The translations under genes were made by a program, and so were the position numbers. A stretch of DNA of 64,000 nucleotides from Massalongia carnosa (lineage: Eukaryota), in assembly GCA_965645245.1 (NCBI GenBank), contig OZ287083.1, positions 1,240,001 to 1,304,000 of the forward strand, given 5' to 3'. Positions 24,717 to 36,851 of the stretch are shown in pieces; the first letter of the stretch is position 1, and the number at the start of each line of letters is the position of its first letter. The notes under the pieces were generated by a model. That model was not told the DNA's origin. It searched no databases and was given only the letters and a program-made list of their open reading frames with translations.

Positions 24717-25958
24717 CAGTAGCGGTAGAGGTGTTGGGTTGGGCAGATAGGCGAGAGCTAGGGGTAGGGAATTTATCATGGATAGATGTTACCTACCTAC
24801 CTGGTTAGTAGTCTTGAAAATTAGACTAGGAAATCGAAGCATAATAAGTCTTTGGGCAGGGCACTTGCGAGGGAGGGAGTCCTTTTCTATAAAGTACATG
24901 TGTAATCGAGGGGGGGGATCTATGTATCTGGGGGTATCCATCCATAAACCTGAAAATCCCTCCCCAAATCCCTAACCACAGACAGGTTCCTTCTCCAGAT
25001 TCTTTCGCTATCAAGAACCTAACTGTATTAGTAAGTAAACCTCCCCAAAAAGCGTGCAAGGTCCTCAGCTCCCGCAGCCTTTTCCATCTCCCCTTTAGGA
25101 AACCCGCACGACTACCTACCTACTTGGTTATCCGCCTTCTCTCTTTCTGCGTCGCTCAAACTAAGCCTGGCTTCCCACAAGGGTTCTGGTGTTCGCGTTT
25201 TGCGCTTCCCTGAGGGGTCCCCGGTATAGCTAGATGCAGAGTATGAGGTTCGTTTCCGCCATTCATCTTCATCATATCGCTCTGGGTGCCTTGAACCGCT
25301 CGTCCTAGACTCGGGACGCTAACCAATGCAACGGATCACATACGCTTGCGGCCCCAAGTCCTAGATCTCGACCCTGTACATACCCTATTTACTGTCCATC
25401 ACTTGTTTCTGCACGTAAAGCGCCTTAGTACTAGACTCGCTCAGCGCTTTCTTGACGGAGATGAGAGGTGCAAGGAGCTGAAGAATATCTTGTTTAAACT
25501 AAGTCTTGTAGCGGGGCTCTTGGATTTTCCATCGATCGACATTATTTTATGTATGCAGTCTCCTCTTGCGGGTGCTGGCTCGGCAAGTTGAATAAAGGTG
25601 CCAGCAGAATGCAATCTCTTTAAATAATGGGAATCAAATACATGGGTTGGCACGTTGACTGTATTTCAATGGTGAACTAGTGGGGTTTGGGAGCCAGACT
25701 CTAGCCTTTTGAGGGTGCGAATTGATTCTGGCTCCCTTTGAGAAGGGATGATCGGCGGAGATGCCTAGAGTGAATGTGTAATGTCCCAAAACAATTTTCT
25801 CCTATAAGCGTTGGCGAGTATCAGTGGTACCATTCTTATGCTTGTCTTCCGCTGAGGAAATGGAGCTACCGTTGAGCGTTTACTCAAAGGCGAAAAACAT
25901 TATAGCAGGCTGATAGATTGTTTGAAGCTGTTTTTCTTGTGCTGTGGTAACCGCTGGC

Positions 25959-28205
25959 TCATTTAAGTTTGCTCATGATCGTCTCGGGGCCGCGCTCGAT
26001 GTAAACTTCACTAGCCTTCGCCTTGACGTTACCCAGCATGCCGCGATCGTAATCGTCCCTTGACCTTAATACGCTCTCCACCCAACTCATCTGTAAATCC
26101 CAATATTCCCTCTTGAAAGCTTCATAAACGGCCACCACGCCTGACTTGTCTGCCTCCAGCATACGGACGAGAAAATCCATCACACGCCATTTCTGCTTAA
26201 TAGTGGGGAAATCAGGGAATTTCTGGAAGAACTCAAACGCAGTAAGAACGTCGTCCTTGAACTTCTCGGTGAAGGGATCGGAGCGGCGGAACTTGGCGCC
26301 TTTGTTGCGCACGCAACAGAGGTACCGGACGAGGAGTTCGTCGGAAAGCTCTTCGACGAAGATGTCGCGCAGACTGTGGTGGAGTACGGAGCTGTAGTCG
26401 CCGATATAGTCGTCGAAGGTGGTGGTCATACGCTTCATGGCGTACTCGGTATACCACTTTGGTGTGAAGATTTCAGGGATTGTGGATCGGAAATCGATGG
26501 CAAAGATAAGAGAGACGAATGTTGTAATGCAATGAGTTCCTGCATCCACAAAACCATCGCGGAGGTTTTCGACTTCAGAGCTTGCATTTGTCATATATTT
26601 TGGTGTGACCAAGGGTTCAAAGTCACGCTGGAACCGTGTTAGATACCCCAATTGATCGACGTCTTCGTTGTCGTCTATGCAAGCTATCTGGTCGTTTGCG
26701 ACTGCAACGAGCCAGTCCTGAAGAACTTGCAACCCTTCGTGATCTGGGGAAGGGTTTTTATATTTCGAGGATTCGTCATCCACCATTTTTCGCCAGATCC
26801 TTTGGCGGGACTTGAGAGCGATGAACATGGAATCAATAACACCTTCTGTAACATCTGCACGACCAGAATTGCCGGCGACAAGGGTTTGCTCCCTCAACAT
26901 TCGCCACATATCTCCCAGTGTCTTTGTACGAAAGTAGCCGTGCTCATCGTTTTCAAGCGTATCAGGCCTGCGGTCGGTAAAAGCAGCTCTATCAGTAGCG
27001 AACATCCGGTCCATCCATTCATCAACGGATTTAACAATGAGCTGGCGATACTCAGAAATTAGCTCGCTCTCTCTATTATCAAGGACTTCGGGCTGAAGAT
27101 CTGGCTGATTCCATCCGAGTTTCGACATTTTCGCATAGTACTTTTCGCTCCAATCGATTATACTTAACATATGCGGTGGGCTTAGCTCAGGGTCATCGAT
27201 ACGCTTGATGAGCCAGTTGTGCATGAGTTTATGATAGATATTTGTATAGGTTTTGTAGATTTTCCACTTTTTAGGCATCAGGGTGACCATGCCGATCCTG
27301 ACAACATACAGATCATTGAAATACCATCTCAAGATTTTTTCCAATTTGTCCGGCTCCTCAAGGAAACTCCGCGCTGCTGTTTCAAACTGTGCCTGAGCGT
27401 AAAACTCGATGGCTGTCAAGAACTTCTCCTTGTAGCCCCGTAGTTGTTTGGGTCCACTATTAATTGACTTGAACCGAGAGGCAAGGTCTTTGTATTCCCG
27501 TTGTGCGTCCTGCATTGCCTTGACCTTTTTATCGCTCTTCTCCTCCTCTTCTATAATCAAAGCTAGACGGACCACCATTCCTTTATTATCAGCCTGGACC
27601 AAGGGTATTAGGTTCATAGATGCAGTCCCAACATGATCGTCGAACCACTCAACGACGTCGTCCAGCCGTGTAAAATAGTCCTGCAACGTCGCTTCCAAAG
27701 ATGTATCAGAAGCCCGTTGGATTTGATCTAGGGCATCGTCCCGGATGTCTCTCAACTGGGTCAGCCCATAATGCACTTTAAGAATATTCGGTTGATTCTC
27801 AATATCTTGATCATCCTCGCGCAAGAGAGCCTCGATATCATTTAGTCTCTCTTCAAAAGATTCAATGTTTGATTTCATCTCTTCAACCCGTGAGAAGTTC
27901 CGGTGGATCTGGGAAACCAGATTGATATTAGGGAAGTCTCGTATCATGTTTTGAGCTTCAGCACAGAGCTTATCAATCTTCATCATCTCTTCTTTAATCT
28001 GATTGACCATGCGTTGTCCATCTCCAATTGACGTCATGCCAGCTTGTGTCACCTCTAGCTGCTCTTTCAACCCAACCTTGAGCTGGCCATCGACTGCAAC
28101 TTTCTTGCGAATAAACTCCGACTTCAGAAAGGGGATTTTATCTAGATCTTCGGGATGCCGCAATAAGTCGGCCAGCTTTACCACAACACCCACTGCGTCC
28201 GCCAT
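25959..28205 (-). CDS. SEC6: Exocyst complex subunit Sec6
   Basis: 748-aa single ORF; LLRHPEDLDKI, SRFKSINSGPKQLRGYKEKF, WLVAVANDQIAC, YWDLQMSWVESVLRSRDD, GPETIMSKLK. Confidence 0.95.
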   Translation of the reverse strand: MADAVGVVVKLADLLRHPEDLDKIPFLKSEFIRKKVAVDGQLKVGLKEQLEVTQAGMTSIGDGQRMVNQIKEEMMKIDKLCAEAQNMIRDFPNINLVSQIHRNFSRVEEMKSNIESFEERLNDIEALLREDDQDIENQPNILKVHYGLTQLRDIRDDALDQIQRASDTSLEATLQDYFTRLDDVVEWFDDHVGTASMNLIPLVQADNKGMVVRLALIIEEEEKSDKKVKAMQDAQREYKDLASRFKSINSGPKQLRGYKEKFLTAIEFYAQAQFETAARSFLEEPDKLEKILRWYFNDLYVVRIGMVTLMPKKWKIYKTYTNIYHKLMHNWLIKRIDDPELSPPHMLSIIDWSEKYYAKMSKLGWNQPDLQPEVLDNRESELISEYRQLIVKSVDEWMDRMFATDRAAFTDRRPDTLENDEHGYFRTKTLGDMWRMLREQTLVAGNSGRADVTEGVIDSMFIALKSRQRIWRKMVDDESSKYKNPSPDHEGLQVLQDWLVAVANDQIACIDDNEDVDQLGYLTRFQRDFEPLVTPKYMTNASSEVENLRDGFVDAGTHCITTFVSLIFAIDFRSTIPEIFTPKWYTEYAMKRMTTTFDDYIGDYSSVLHHSLRDIFVEELSDELLVRYLCCVRNKGAKFRRSDPFTEKFKDDVLTAFEFFQKFPDFPTIKQKWRVMDFLVRMLEADKSGVVAVYEAFKREYWDLQMSWVESVLRSRDDYDRGMLGNVKAKASEVYIERGPETIMSKLK

Positions 28206-28511
28206 ACTGAAGAAGCTCCTACATAAGAGTTATTATTTTGAAATGTATGAGCCAAAGCTGATATTGTCTTGAGAGATTAATTTAGTCGTATCCGTAAAGC
28301 AAGGTGCACGGATTATTAAACCTCACTAGATTAGCACGTGATTAGCTACCTATCCACCGTGCCACCTATCCTCTCACGCCTCTGCATACGATACCCATTA
28401 AATCTCATTGAATCAACCCATTTCCCCTACGCTCAAAAATCTCTCTTTAACATTCCAATCCCAATACCTTCTCCTCTCAAAGCCAAACCCCGAAAACTCT
28501 CCGGAACGACA

Positions 28512-28790
28512 ATGCCGTTCTTCCGCATCACCCTCATCCGCTCCTCAATCGGCCTCCCCAAACCCACCCAAGGCGTGCTCGCAGCCCTAGGCCTACGGAA
28601 ACGCATGCGCACAGTATATCATCCCGTGAGCCCACAGGTAGCGGGTCAGATCATGAAGGTCAAGGAGCTGGTCGCAGTGTCGGAGGTGGAGAACTCGTTG
28701 ACGGTGAAAGAGATGCGAGAGCTGCGGAAACCGGATCCGGGGTATTACATCGAATCGTCGGCTACGCAGATGATGGGGGAAGGGCCGTGA
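28512..28790 (+). CDS. MRPL33: Mitochondrial large-subunit ribosomal protein uL30m
   Basis: [56 protein letters not shown]; divergent from SEC6 across about 300 bp. Confidence 0.92.
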   Translation: MPFFRITLIRSSIGLPKPTQGVLAALGLRKRMRTVYHPVSPQVAGQIMKVKELVAVSEVENSLTVKEMRELRKPDPGYYIESSATQMMGEGP

Positions 28791-29297
28791 GCGAAATACA
28801 TGTGTTCTTTGAGATGCTAAGAGGGGGAGGGGGGGGTGCTCTAGGATACTTGGCTCGGAAGGCGAAGCTATACGGAGACCATAATTCGGTCTCCACGTAC
28901 AAGCGGATGAAGGCTAGGGATATGATGGCCAGGATCTCAATCTAAGAGCATGGAGAGGGTGAAAGTGATGGGAGGTAATCATGGACCAAGACAAGCATGG
29001 GCACTTCCCACATGCAAATGGCAGATATCTGGTTCGGCAGGTCAGAACCGCATTAAAAAGCCCAGCCATTTCACCAGATCAAGAGGTGTCGATATAGGTG
29101 AAGAGGTCAGTTTTCATGAGCAGGAGAAGAATAATGTAAATACACCATGAGAGTACTACCGTACATACTACCAACGACCGATCCCTCGTTCTCTTGACTA
29201 AAGGACTTATAGATCCCATTTGGCATTGGCATCTTCAATGGCTGCTCAGCCCTTAAATACCGAGATATATTTTATTAATTTAGAAACTCCATGCCTA

Positions 29298-29543
29298 CTT
29301 GTGTTCACCCCTTTTTGCACCAGCGCTAAACGCGGCCGCTAAATTAGCTTTATTACTTAATAATTAAAAATCAGCTGCGACAACGATTATTATAACGAAT
29401 AAAATTTTTATGCACAGTATAGTACATAAATTTACAACTATATGCATTGATGATATTGAAAGTTTAAGACAATTATACAAATCTTTACTTTTTTTGCTTA
29501 TCTTTTTAGTTTTAGCGCTGGTGTAAAAGGGGGCGAATACGAG
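29298..29543. mobile_element. MITE with imperfect TIRs and TA target duplication
   Basis: TA|CTTGTGTTCACCCCTTTTTGCACCAGCGCTAAA ... TTTAGCGCTGGTGTAAAAGGGGGCGAATACGAG|TA; 33-bp TIRs differing by 5 transitions; AT-rich non-coding interior. Confidence 0.85.
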
Positions 29544-30086
29544 TACTATAGCTAAGTACAGCTTTGGGGTTTAACTATATCTGCACCTTCGAAGAATCGA
29601 CCCATTTTGGAACAAAGACTTGCCAATTATCAACGATTGACTGCAAAAATTCTCTCCTTTAAGGAGCTAGTCGCGAAAAGCGCCATTATAGTTAGATACT
29701 TTACTTCAATAATTAAGCTCCAACACAAATAATCCCCACGATTTCGGTCGTTTTCCCAAGCTTCACAAAACTGTAGCCTCACCTAGAACGTCTAGGTAGA
29801 GGTCTTTGCTACCTAAGGTAGCTAACGATATTGATTAGCTATATGGATTTTGTGCAGCTCAATAAAGAGATGCTGAATGAATGCAAGTTTCTGCAAGAAA
29901 TTGCTTTTTATATTCGATAATTAGAGTGATTTGTACATGCTTTAAACCTTCCCTTCCATCCACCCCACCCAACTCTGTAGCCAGCCAAACTGATACCTGA
30001 AGCTGTCTGTCGGTCTTTATTCTTTCTAGACTGAGAGGGCATGAGCGTTTAGGTGAAGGGGAGAAAGCTTTCATCCAACTCTGGGT

Positions 30087-30636
30087 TTAGTAAAAGGCTC
30101 CAACAGCTAAAGGGTGATGAATGCTAGAAGGTTGGTTGATAAGAATAGCTTGTTTCGCTGCATTGATCTGGCTGGGGTGGGTTGCGAGTCCGTTTCTCTG
30201 GAGTAAATCGAGCTGGGTGGTTGTCCAGAACCTACATCCCTCGCCTGCTCCATTGAACTCGTATCTTTGAGTCCCATGCTGCAACAGTAGGTCCACGACA
30301 GTCTTCACGCTGACACCGCTGCAAACATCAAGCCTAACATGGTTTGTAGCCGAGATGGAGAACTCATACTCGTACTCAAAGCTCGCTAATGACCATATTG
30401 GCTTTGGAACCTCCGTGCCTCCCAAAAGCTTTAGTGCTTGCAACGACATGCGAAGTGATGATATCAACGCGGACGGATTTTTTATTGCCGACTTCCAGGT
30501 AAAAGCACCAATGGATACCTCCGCTTGTTCAGGTCTCGTGCCCAACGACTTCAATAGACTGGACTTGTTTCTGAAGAACCGCGTCCTTCGAATACGAAGG
30601 GACATATCGAAGTGGCTCGAACACTGAAGTTTGCAT
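30087..30636 (-). pseudogene. Disrupted small fungal protein (DUF7770-like, HWCFYL...GCRFW)
   Basis: Frame from ATG 30636 reads MQTSVFEPLRYVP..VGHET*TSGGIHWCFYLEV..SVRVDI..GGSKANMVISEL, then shifts to the track ORF (RYEFNGAGEGCRFWT); in-frame TGA at 30529-30531, frameshift near 30378. Confidence 0.6.
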
Positions 30637-30992
30637 TTTGAAGACGAGTAGCCCAACAGAGCAAGATACGAAGCACAAAGAGACTTGAGGAAAATCATAT
30701 GTTTTGTAGCATAAATGGTCCTAGGGCACGTGGAGTGGAAGTTTGGCCTGACAAGCAGAGCTGTCTTTGCAATTTTGAAGCCTAGGGCTTATTGCCAACA
30801 TGTGTTGTATGATACATTAATATGTTTTCTTCTCATCCTACCAATGCTTTGATAGATAGCAAACCCCAGAAACCCTCGCCTTATCTTGGTCTCCAATACG
30901 CCACGTTTATGCTCACCTGCGCACACCCTAAGTTCGGGTCAAACGACAAACATTCAACTTGTAAGCCCATAAAGCCTAGGAAGACAAAGCTA

Positions 30993-31800
30993 TTAAGCCA
31001 GTGACGCAGTTGTAAGCCCATAGATAATTGACAAGTACTGCCTCATTTCCAAGAGATTTTCTGGAATCTTCTCAATAAGACTACTAGTAAAATCGGGAAA
31101 CTCGTATCGTCTCCTGACCAAGGCCCCCCGCTCGAATGGTGGCGGATACATGCCTGAATGTTCCCAGTCAATGAGCCAGACGCATCCCAAAACGGTCAAG
31201 GACTAGATTTCGAGGAGCTATATCTTGGTGAGTCAGAACTAGAATATCAATTTGAAGCGCGGGATGTCCTTTGGTGCCTGAGTACAAGCTTGACAGATAT
31301 TGAGTTTATGGTTTAACCAATACTCCAAATCCTGTCGGGTTGGAAAAGGTCCGGCGCCGTAATCGGTGTACCAGATCCCTCTAAAGGGCTCATCACAATT
31401 AAGAGGACCTGGCGGCTCCCATACCCGGACGGATTGTAAGTTAAGGATGATATTCGCAACCTGGTCCGTGACGCTCGATTTTGCCTTCTCATCTAAACCT
31501 GCCCAGCAGTCCGATATGCACATACCCTCGATATAATCCATGGCGATGAAACACGTCGTAATTCCACTTAACTCGTCCTTATGAACATTTAGAATTCGAT
31601 GGACCTTGGGCGCCAACACCTTCGTTTTGGCTGCCACAAATCCCATGTTTGCTGCTTCAGAAAGCCGTACGTATTCCCATCCTTTGAGTGCAAGTTTGCG
31701 AGATAGGCGAACGATCTTTGTACTTCCAAGACAGTGAAGAATTGGTGCCGTATCATAGAGAGCAATTAGCGTTCGTCCGACGCTGTGCTAAGATCCTGTC
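30993..31800 (-). pseudogene. Disrupted APH / choline-kinase-like phosphotransferase
   Basis: KIVRLSRKLALK..EAANMGFV..APKV..IAMDYIEG; catalytic LVLTHQDIAPRNLVLD lies in another frame at about 31197-31245; VWLIDWEHSGMYP in a further frame. Confidence 0.75.
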
Positions 31801-32900
31801 CATTTAAAGGAAATTACAAGTTATCGTCTCTGCTTATGTACTGGCTTGTTCGTACATCCTAAGTTAGTACAGCTCTAAAATGAGGACATCATAGAATAAC
31901 ATCTACGAAAGGCTCATGTCTGTGATTCATGATAGCCAACGATTGATGACTAGTTCTCTAGGAGCCTCTTTGACCTATTCTTAACTTAGTTAAATAACAT
32001 TTTCAAATCTAGAGTTCAGATCCTGAGTTATCTTGTTACTTTGACAAACAATACGTCAATAATAGCGAAACTGAGTGCAACAACAACAGGTGCTGAACTG
32101 AAATCTTGAGACTTCAGGCACACATGGCAATGTGGGAGACAGCTGTGAGGGTGGTTTGTAAGTAAAATAGGGCAAAAGAGATGTAAAGTTAATACCCAGA
32201 ACGAGGTAACTTGAATTGACGCTGGAGGTAAAGATCGAAGTGGACCAGATTTGTCGTCTCTAAATATAAGTGTATTAATCTTTTCAGCGTGTGGGAAGGC
32301 TGAGGCCTGTCTCTGTATATGCATATAAGACAACTGGATGGACTCAGGGAAGCGTATTATTTCTGTGACCCAATTTCTTTGCATATTTATACAAGCCCTT
32401 ATGGCAGTCCATGATGACTTTTATGACTGATCGTTGACATAGTGCCACTTTATAACAGTTCAATATATTTGAACAATCGAGCATTAAGCTTGTCATAGGG
32501 GAGGAAGGAATTTTGGTACAGATTCTATCTTTAGAGGCGTGGAAATGGAAAACGAATGCAGGAGGAGCGAGCGCAAACGCAAAGCATTTTGGAGATACAA
32601 GTCTGCATGGAATACATAAAACCACTATCATTTACAGAGTATCACCAATTCTGTATTCTTCACGACAAATGGTGAAAGGTTGTAGCCATACATACCTTAC
32701 TAATCCATCTTCCGATAGGCAAAGCGAGGTGCTTACAAGGACTCCGTTTCCCCCACCCCCCGAGATCTCAACAACTTTCGGGACTCTGGAGTGCTGGGCA
32801 TAGAATCCAGCACTTATGTTTAAATGTACATGTAACGGAGATATCATGAGCTTGAAAGTGCGCCTCTAGCACTAACCTTCCACCACCCCGCTTTACAAAG

Positions 32901-34716
32901 ATGGGGACATCCCGAATGCCAGTCAGTCTCCGGAGCAGCTTTTCAGTCCCAAGAGCAAGTTCGAAGAGCAACTTGCTAGCTTTAGGCACCAACACGTAAT
33001 AGCTCACAGTCGCCCCAATAATTCCCATTCAAGCATATACTAACCCCCAGGATAGACTCCGCAACCTTCTTTTCTTCTTTTTTCTCCTACGATGGACAAG
33101 GAAAGCAGTTCTAAAGCTCAAAGGCCGCGGCATCTTCGGAACTACAAGAGATGTCTACGTTTTCCTCCGGCGAACGCTCTATAGTCTATTTCTCCGAGCA
33201 CCAGGTATCCGATCGCAAGTTCAGAAACAGGTCAAGGAAGCAGTGGCTAAGCTTGAGAGTAAACTGGTACCGCAAGGACCGGGGATAAGTCGATTTCTCA
33301 CGCTTCCCAAGGAAGGATGGAGCGTGGATCAAGTGCGGGCGGAGCTGGAGAACCTGAGCGAGATGAGACACACCCGGTGGGAAGATGGTCGTGTAAGCGG
33401 TGCGGTGTATCATGGGGGGAATGATTTGATAAAACTGCAATCCGAAGCATTTGAGAAGTTTATTGTCACCAACCCAATCCATCCAGATGTCTTTCCGGGC
33501 GTTCGAAAGATGGAAGCGGAAATTGTGGCCATGGTCCTTGCAATGTTCAACGCCCCGCCTGGAGCGGCAGGAGTGACTACAAGCGGAGGGACTGAGTCGA
33601 TTCTAATGGCCTGCCTGAGTGCCAGACAAAAAGCCTATGCGGAACGAGGCGTAATAGAGCCCGAGATGTAATCTCTCCCAAACCATCCGCTAGAAATACC
33701 GCGCTAACCCTCCCTCCGACAGGATTCTCCCAGAGTCCGCCCACGCCGCCTTTCTAAAAGCAGGCGCCTACTTCAACATTAAAACACATCTCGTCGCCTG
33801 CCCGGCCCCCTCTTATGCCGTCCACATCCCTAGCATCAGCCGCCTAATAAACAGCAACACAATTCTCCTCGTTGGGTCCGCCCCCTCCTTCCCACACGGC
33901 GTAATCGACGACATCGCCGCCCTCTCACGCCTCGCTCTGCGAAAAACCTTGCCCCTGCATGTAGACTGCTGCCTGGGCTCCTTCCTCGTCCCCTTCCTCG
34001 CCCGCGCCGGCTTCCCTGCCCCGCCCTTTGACTTTGTCAGCAAGGGCGTCACGAGCATCAGCTGCGACACGCATAAATATGGATTTGCCCCTAAGGGCAC
34101 CTCCACCTTGCTCTACCGAACCGCCGCCCTGCGCACCTACCAGTACTTCGTCGCGGCGAATTGGTCCGGCGGCGTCTACGCTTCACCCAGCATCGCGGGT
34201 TCACGCCCTGGCTCCCTGATCGCCAGCTGCTGGGCGAGCCTAATGTCGCAAGGGGAAAGCGGTTACATATCCGCATGCCACGCCATCGTTGGCGCAGCCA
34301 AACGCCTCGAGGCTGCCATCCGTGATCACCCCTCGCTGGGTAGCGACCTGACCGTGCTCGGCAACCCGCAGGTCAGCGTCGTGGCGTTCTCGAGCCGTAC
34401 GCTCAACATCTACGACGTGGCCGACGCCATGGCCGCCAAGGGCTGGGCGCTGAACGCGCTGCAGAACCCGCCCGCCATGCACGTCGCCGTCACCTTGCCT
34501 ATCGTCGACGCCCTGGACCAGCTGCTGGAGGATCTCGTCAGCGTGGTGGAGGCCGAGCGCGAGCGAGAGCGGGTCAGGGTTGTGGAGGGGAAAGCCACGA
34601 GGGGGGAGGCGCGCGGCGACGCGGCAGCGCTGTACGGGGTTGCGGGGAGCTTGCCGGACAAAAGCGTGGTGGTGCAGTTGGCCGGCGCGTTTCTGGACAC
34701 TTTGTACAAAGCCTGA
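32901..34716 (+). CDS. DPL1: Sphingosine-1-phosphate / dihydrosphingosine phosphate lyase
   Basis: WEDGRVSGAVYHGG, NPIHPDVFPGVRKMEAE, TSGGTESILMAC, LHVDCCLG, SISCDTHKYGFAPKG (PLP lysine), GSRPGS; two introns. Confidence 0.95.
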
Positions 34717-35639
34717 GTGGGTTTTAAGGGGGTTTTCCCATGCAACAAAGCCCCAACTCGATTGTGCTCCGTATCTGCTTAACGTATGTACACCTACCCA
34801 CCCATACCACGCCCCCTTCCACACCCGGAGTTTCGGTTCCCCCGCTTCTTTGAATTTCTTCTTACCGTTTTGGAACCCGCTCGCGCGCTGGTTGGTTGGT
34901 TGGTTGGGTGGGGTGGGTTAGGTTCGGAGATGTAGATGTATAGATGGATGGCGTTATAGTGAGAGGAGAGTAAGCTAAGAGCTAAGAGCTGGGAGTTTGA
35001 AGTCGGAAGAGGGGGAATTATCTTCTCCTCCTATTTATATGTAGGTATATAACCGTGCTACTCACTTTGGGAATGGAAGGGCATCCTTTAGTTTATTTAA
35101 CCCACGGTGGAATTTGACCAATCAGAACGGGGTTTTATGACCGAGGGGGTTTTATCTGCCAGATAATACGGTAGTTAGAAGAAGACTAGTTAGCAAGGGG
35201 GGGGAAAGGTTCCGTTAATTGTAAAGACACAATTTCTGTCTATTTGTCAAGGGAGAGAAAAATGTTTTCATTAAAGATGGTATGGTGAATACCAGCTTTC
35301 TCGTCTCGTCTCGTCTTCTATACTCTCTTCTTCCTCCACCCCTAATCCTGGCAGACTAGCCCCTCCCCCATCATTATCCTTCATCCTATTTTATCAGTCC
35401 AGCCGTCTAGGTGGCATAAGATAAAAGTAAGAATCTCATGATGTGACCTCATAGGCATAGCGCGCATACGCACAGCCCGTTTCCCCCTACCCAAATAAAA
35501 AAACGCCATCGCAATGCTCGCCTGCTAAAGTATAGGAATGCTTCAAAATAGAATGATCAAACCAAAACAAAAGAAAACCGATCCATGCTGGTAGTCGTTC
35601 TTGGTAACCCCACGCTCCTTCACAATGTCTTCTTCGAGC

Positions 35640-36851
35640 TTAAGCTTTGACTCGGTACGTCCCAGCCGTGGTTGCAGAGTTGAGGAAACGAGAGATGATG
35701 CCTCCTCCCATGGTTTTGGCTTTCTTCGCTGGTTTCTCCTCGGCATGCCCATAGCTGAGCATGTGATGGCCCAAGGAAGGACGGAGCCGGTAGATGGAGT
35801 CTCCAGGACTGCTCGAAGCACCGCGGATAGCAGGAGCATATCCATCGTCCACGTACGAGGAGACGCTGGAAGCAGGGGTACCACGGGACATGGCGGGAGA
35901 TGCGGAGGAGGAGCGCGATGAGACGCTGTAGGTATCGGCAGTCCCAGGACGAACAAGACCCGGAACGGCATCCGCAGAGGGTGGAGAAATGGAACGGTTG
36001 CGAGGATTGTGAGGTTGGCGGATTGGGCGGTAGGTAGGGGCATCCGTGGCAGTGAAGCGCTCCAGATCAGAAATGTAGGACGACGACGTGTAGATCGAGG
36101 GCGAAGCGTAAACTCCGACCGCGGGAGGCATGGCAATAGGTGCAGCGACGGAGACGGTGGATCTGGAATGAGATTTGGTGTAGTTGGAGCGTTGCTTCTG
36201 GGAGATTGACTCTTGCTCACGGAGCTGGGCTCGGCGTTTAGACGCATCCTGCACGTGGCGCTCGCGGATGGGGGCGAGAAACGGTTCTAGGTGCGTGCAG
36301 AGATCCTCGTTGGTGATTCCCAAATCCCAGTCCAACAGAAACAAGAGCTGCTTCTCCATCAGGTTCACTTCCGTGTTCGAGAAACCAAACCCTTCGAAGT
36401 CCTTCACCGTCGTGTATCGAGCCCAATGTTTGTTCTTTGGGGACGAGTCGTTCAAGTATTTGGCTGCGAGAATGAGTGCCGCCAGGAAGATGCGGTGCAC
36501 GGTACATCGCATTCCCTTGGCGACGGGGGGTAGTCGCTGTTGCAGACGGGACAGGTAAATGAGGGAGGTCATAAGAGTAGGAACCTGCACGTGCGATCGA
36601 TCCACCAAGTTCTGAATGAAAACCTCCAGAGACGGGAGAGCAGGCTGCAAGGGTAACCGGGGCGCTGCGTTTTGAGGTGGCGTTGACGGAGGAGTTGGCG
36701 GAAGGTGCTTGTTTGCATGTGCATACTTCGGTTCGCATCGAATCACCCCAGTCGCCTTCTCTGCCAGATAGCTGACCATTGCAGGAGAGACGGGAAGCAT
36801 GATGAATTGCTCCAAAGCCGCCTGGTTCTGAGCCTTCTGCGAAGCTGCCAT
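35640..36851 (-). CDS. PCL1: Pho85-associated G1 cyclin, Pcl1/Pcl2 family (PclA-like)
   Basis: [61 protein letters not shown]; Ser/Pro-rich tail. Confidence 0.92.
   Translation of the reverse strand: MAASQKAQNQAALEQFIMLPVSPAMVSYLAEKATGVIRCEPKYAHANKHLPPTPPSTPPQNAAPRLPLQPALPSLEVFIQNLVDRSHVQVPTLMTSLIYLSRLQQRLPPVAKGMRCTVHRIFLAALILAAKYLNDSSPKNKHWARYTTVKDFEGFGFSNTEVNLMEKQLLFLLDWDLGITNEDLCTHLEPFLAPIRERHVQDASKRRAQLREQESISQKQRSNYTKSHSRSTVSVAAPIAMPPAVGVYASPSIYTSSSYISDLERFTATDAPTYRPIRQPHNPRNRSISPPSADAVPGLVRPGTADTYSVSSRSSSASPAMSRGTPASSVSSYVDDGYAPAIRGASSSPGDSIYRLRPSLGHHMLSYGHAEEKPAKKAKTMGGGIISRFLNSATTAGTYRVKA

Noticed and set aside
23375..24779. Long antisense and alternate-frame ORFs over RRP12 (also over SIF2, DPL1, PCL1, VCX1)
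   Set aside because: Shadow ORFs of GC-rich coding sequence with no recognisable motifs.
25200..25900. Short ORFs between RRP12 and SEC6
   Set aside because: No motifs or consistent splice structure.
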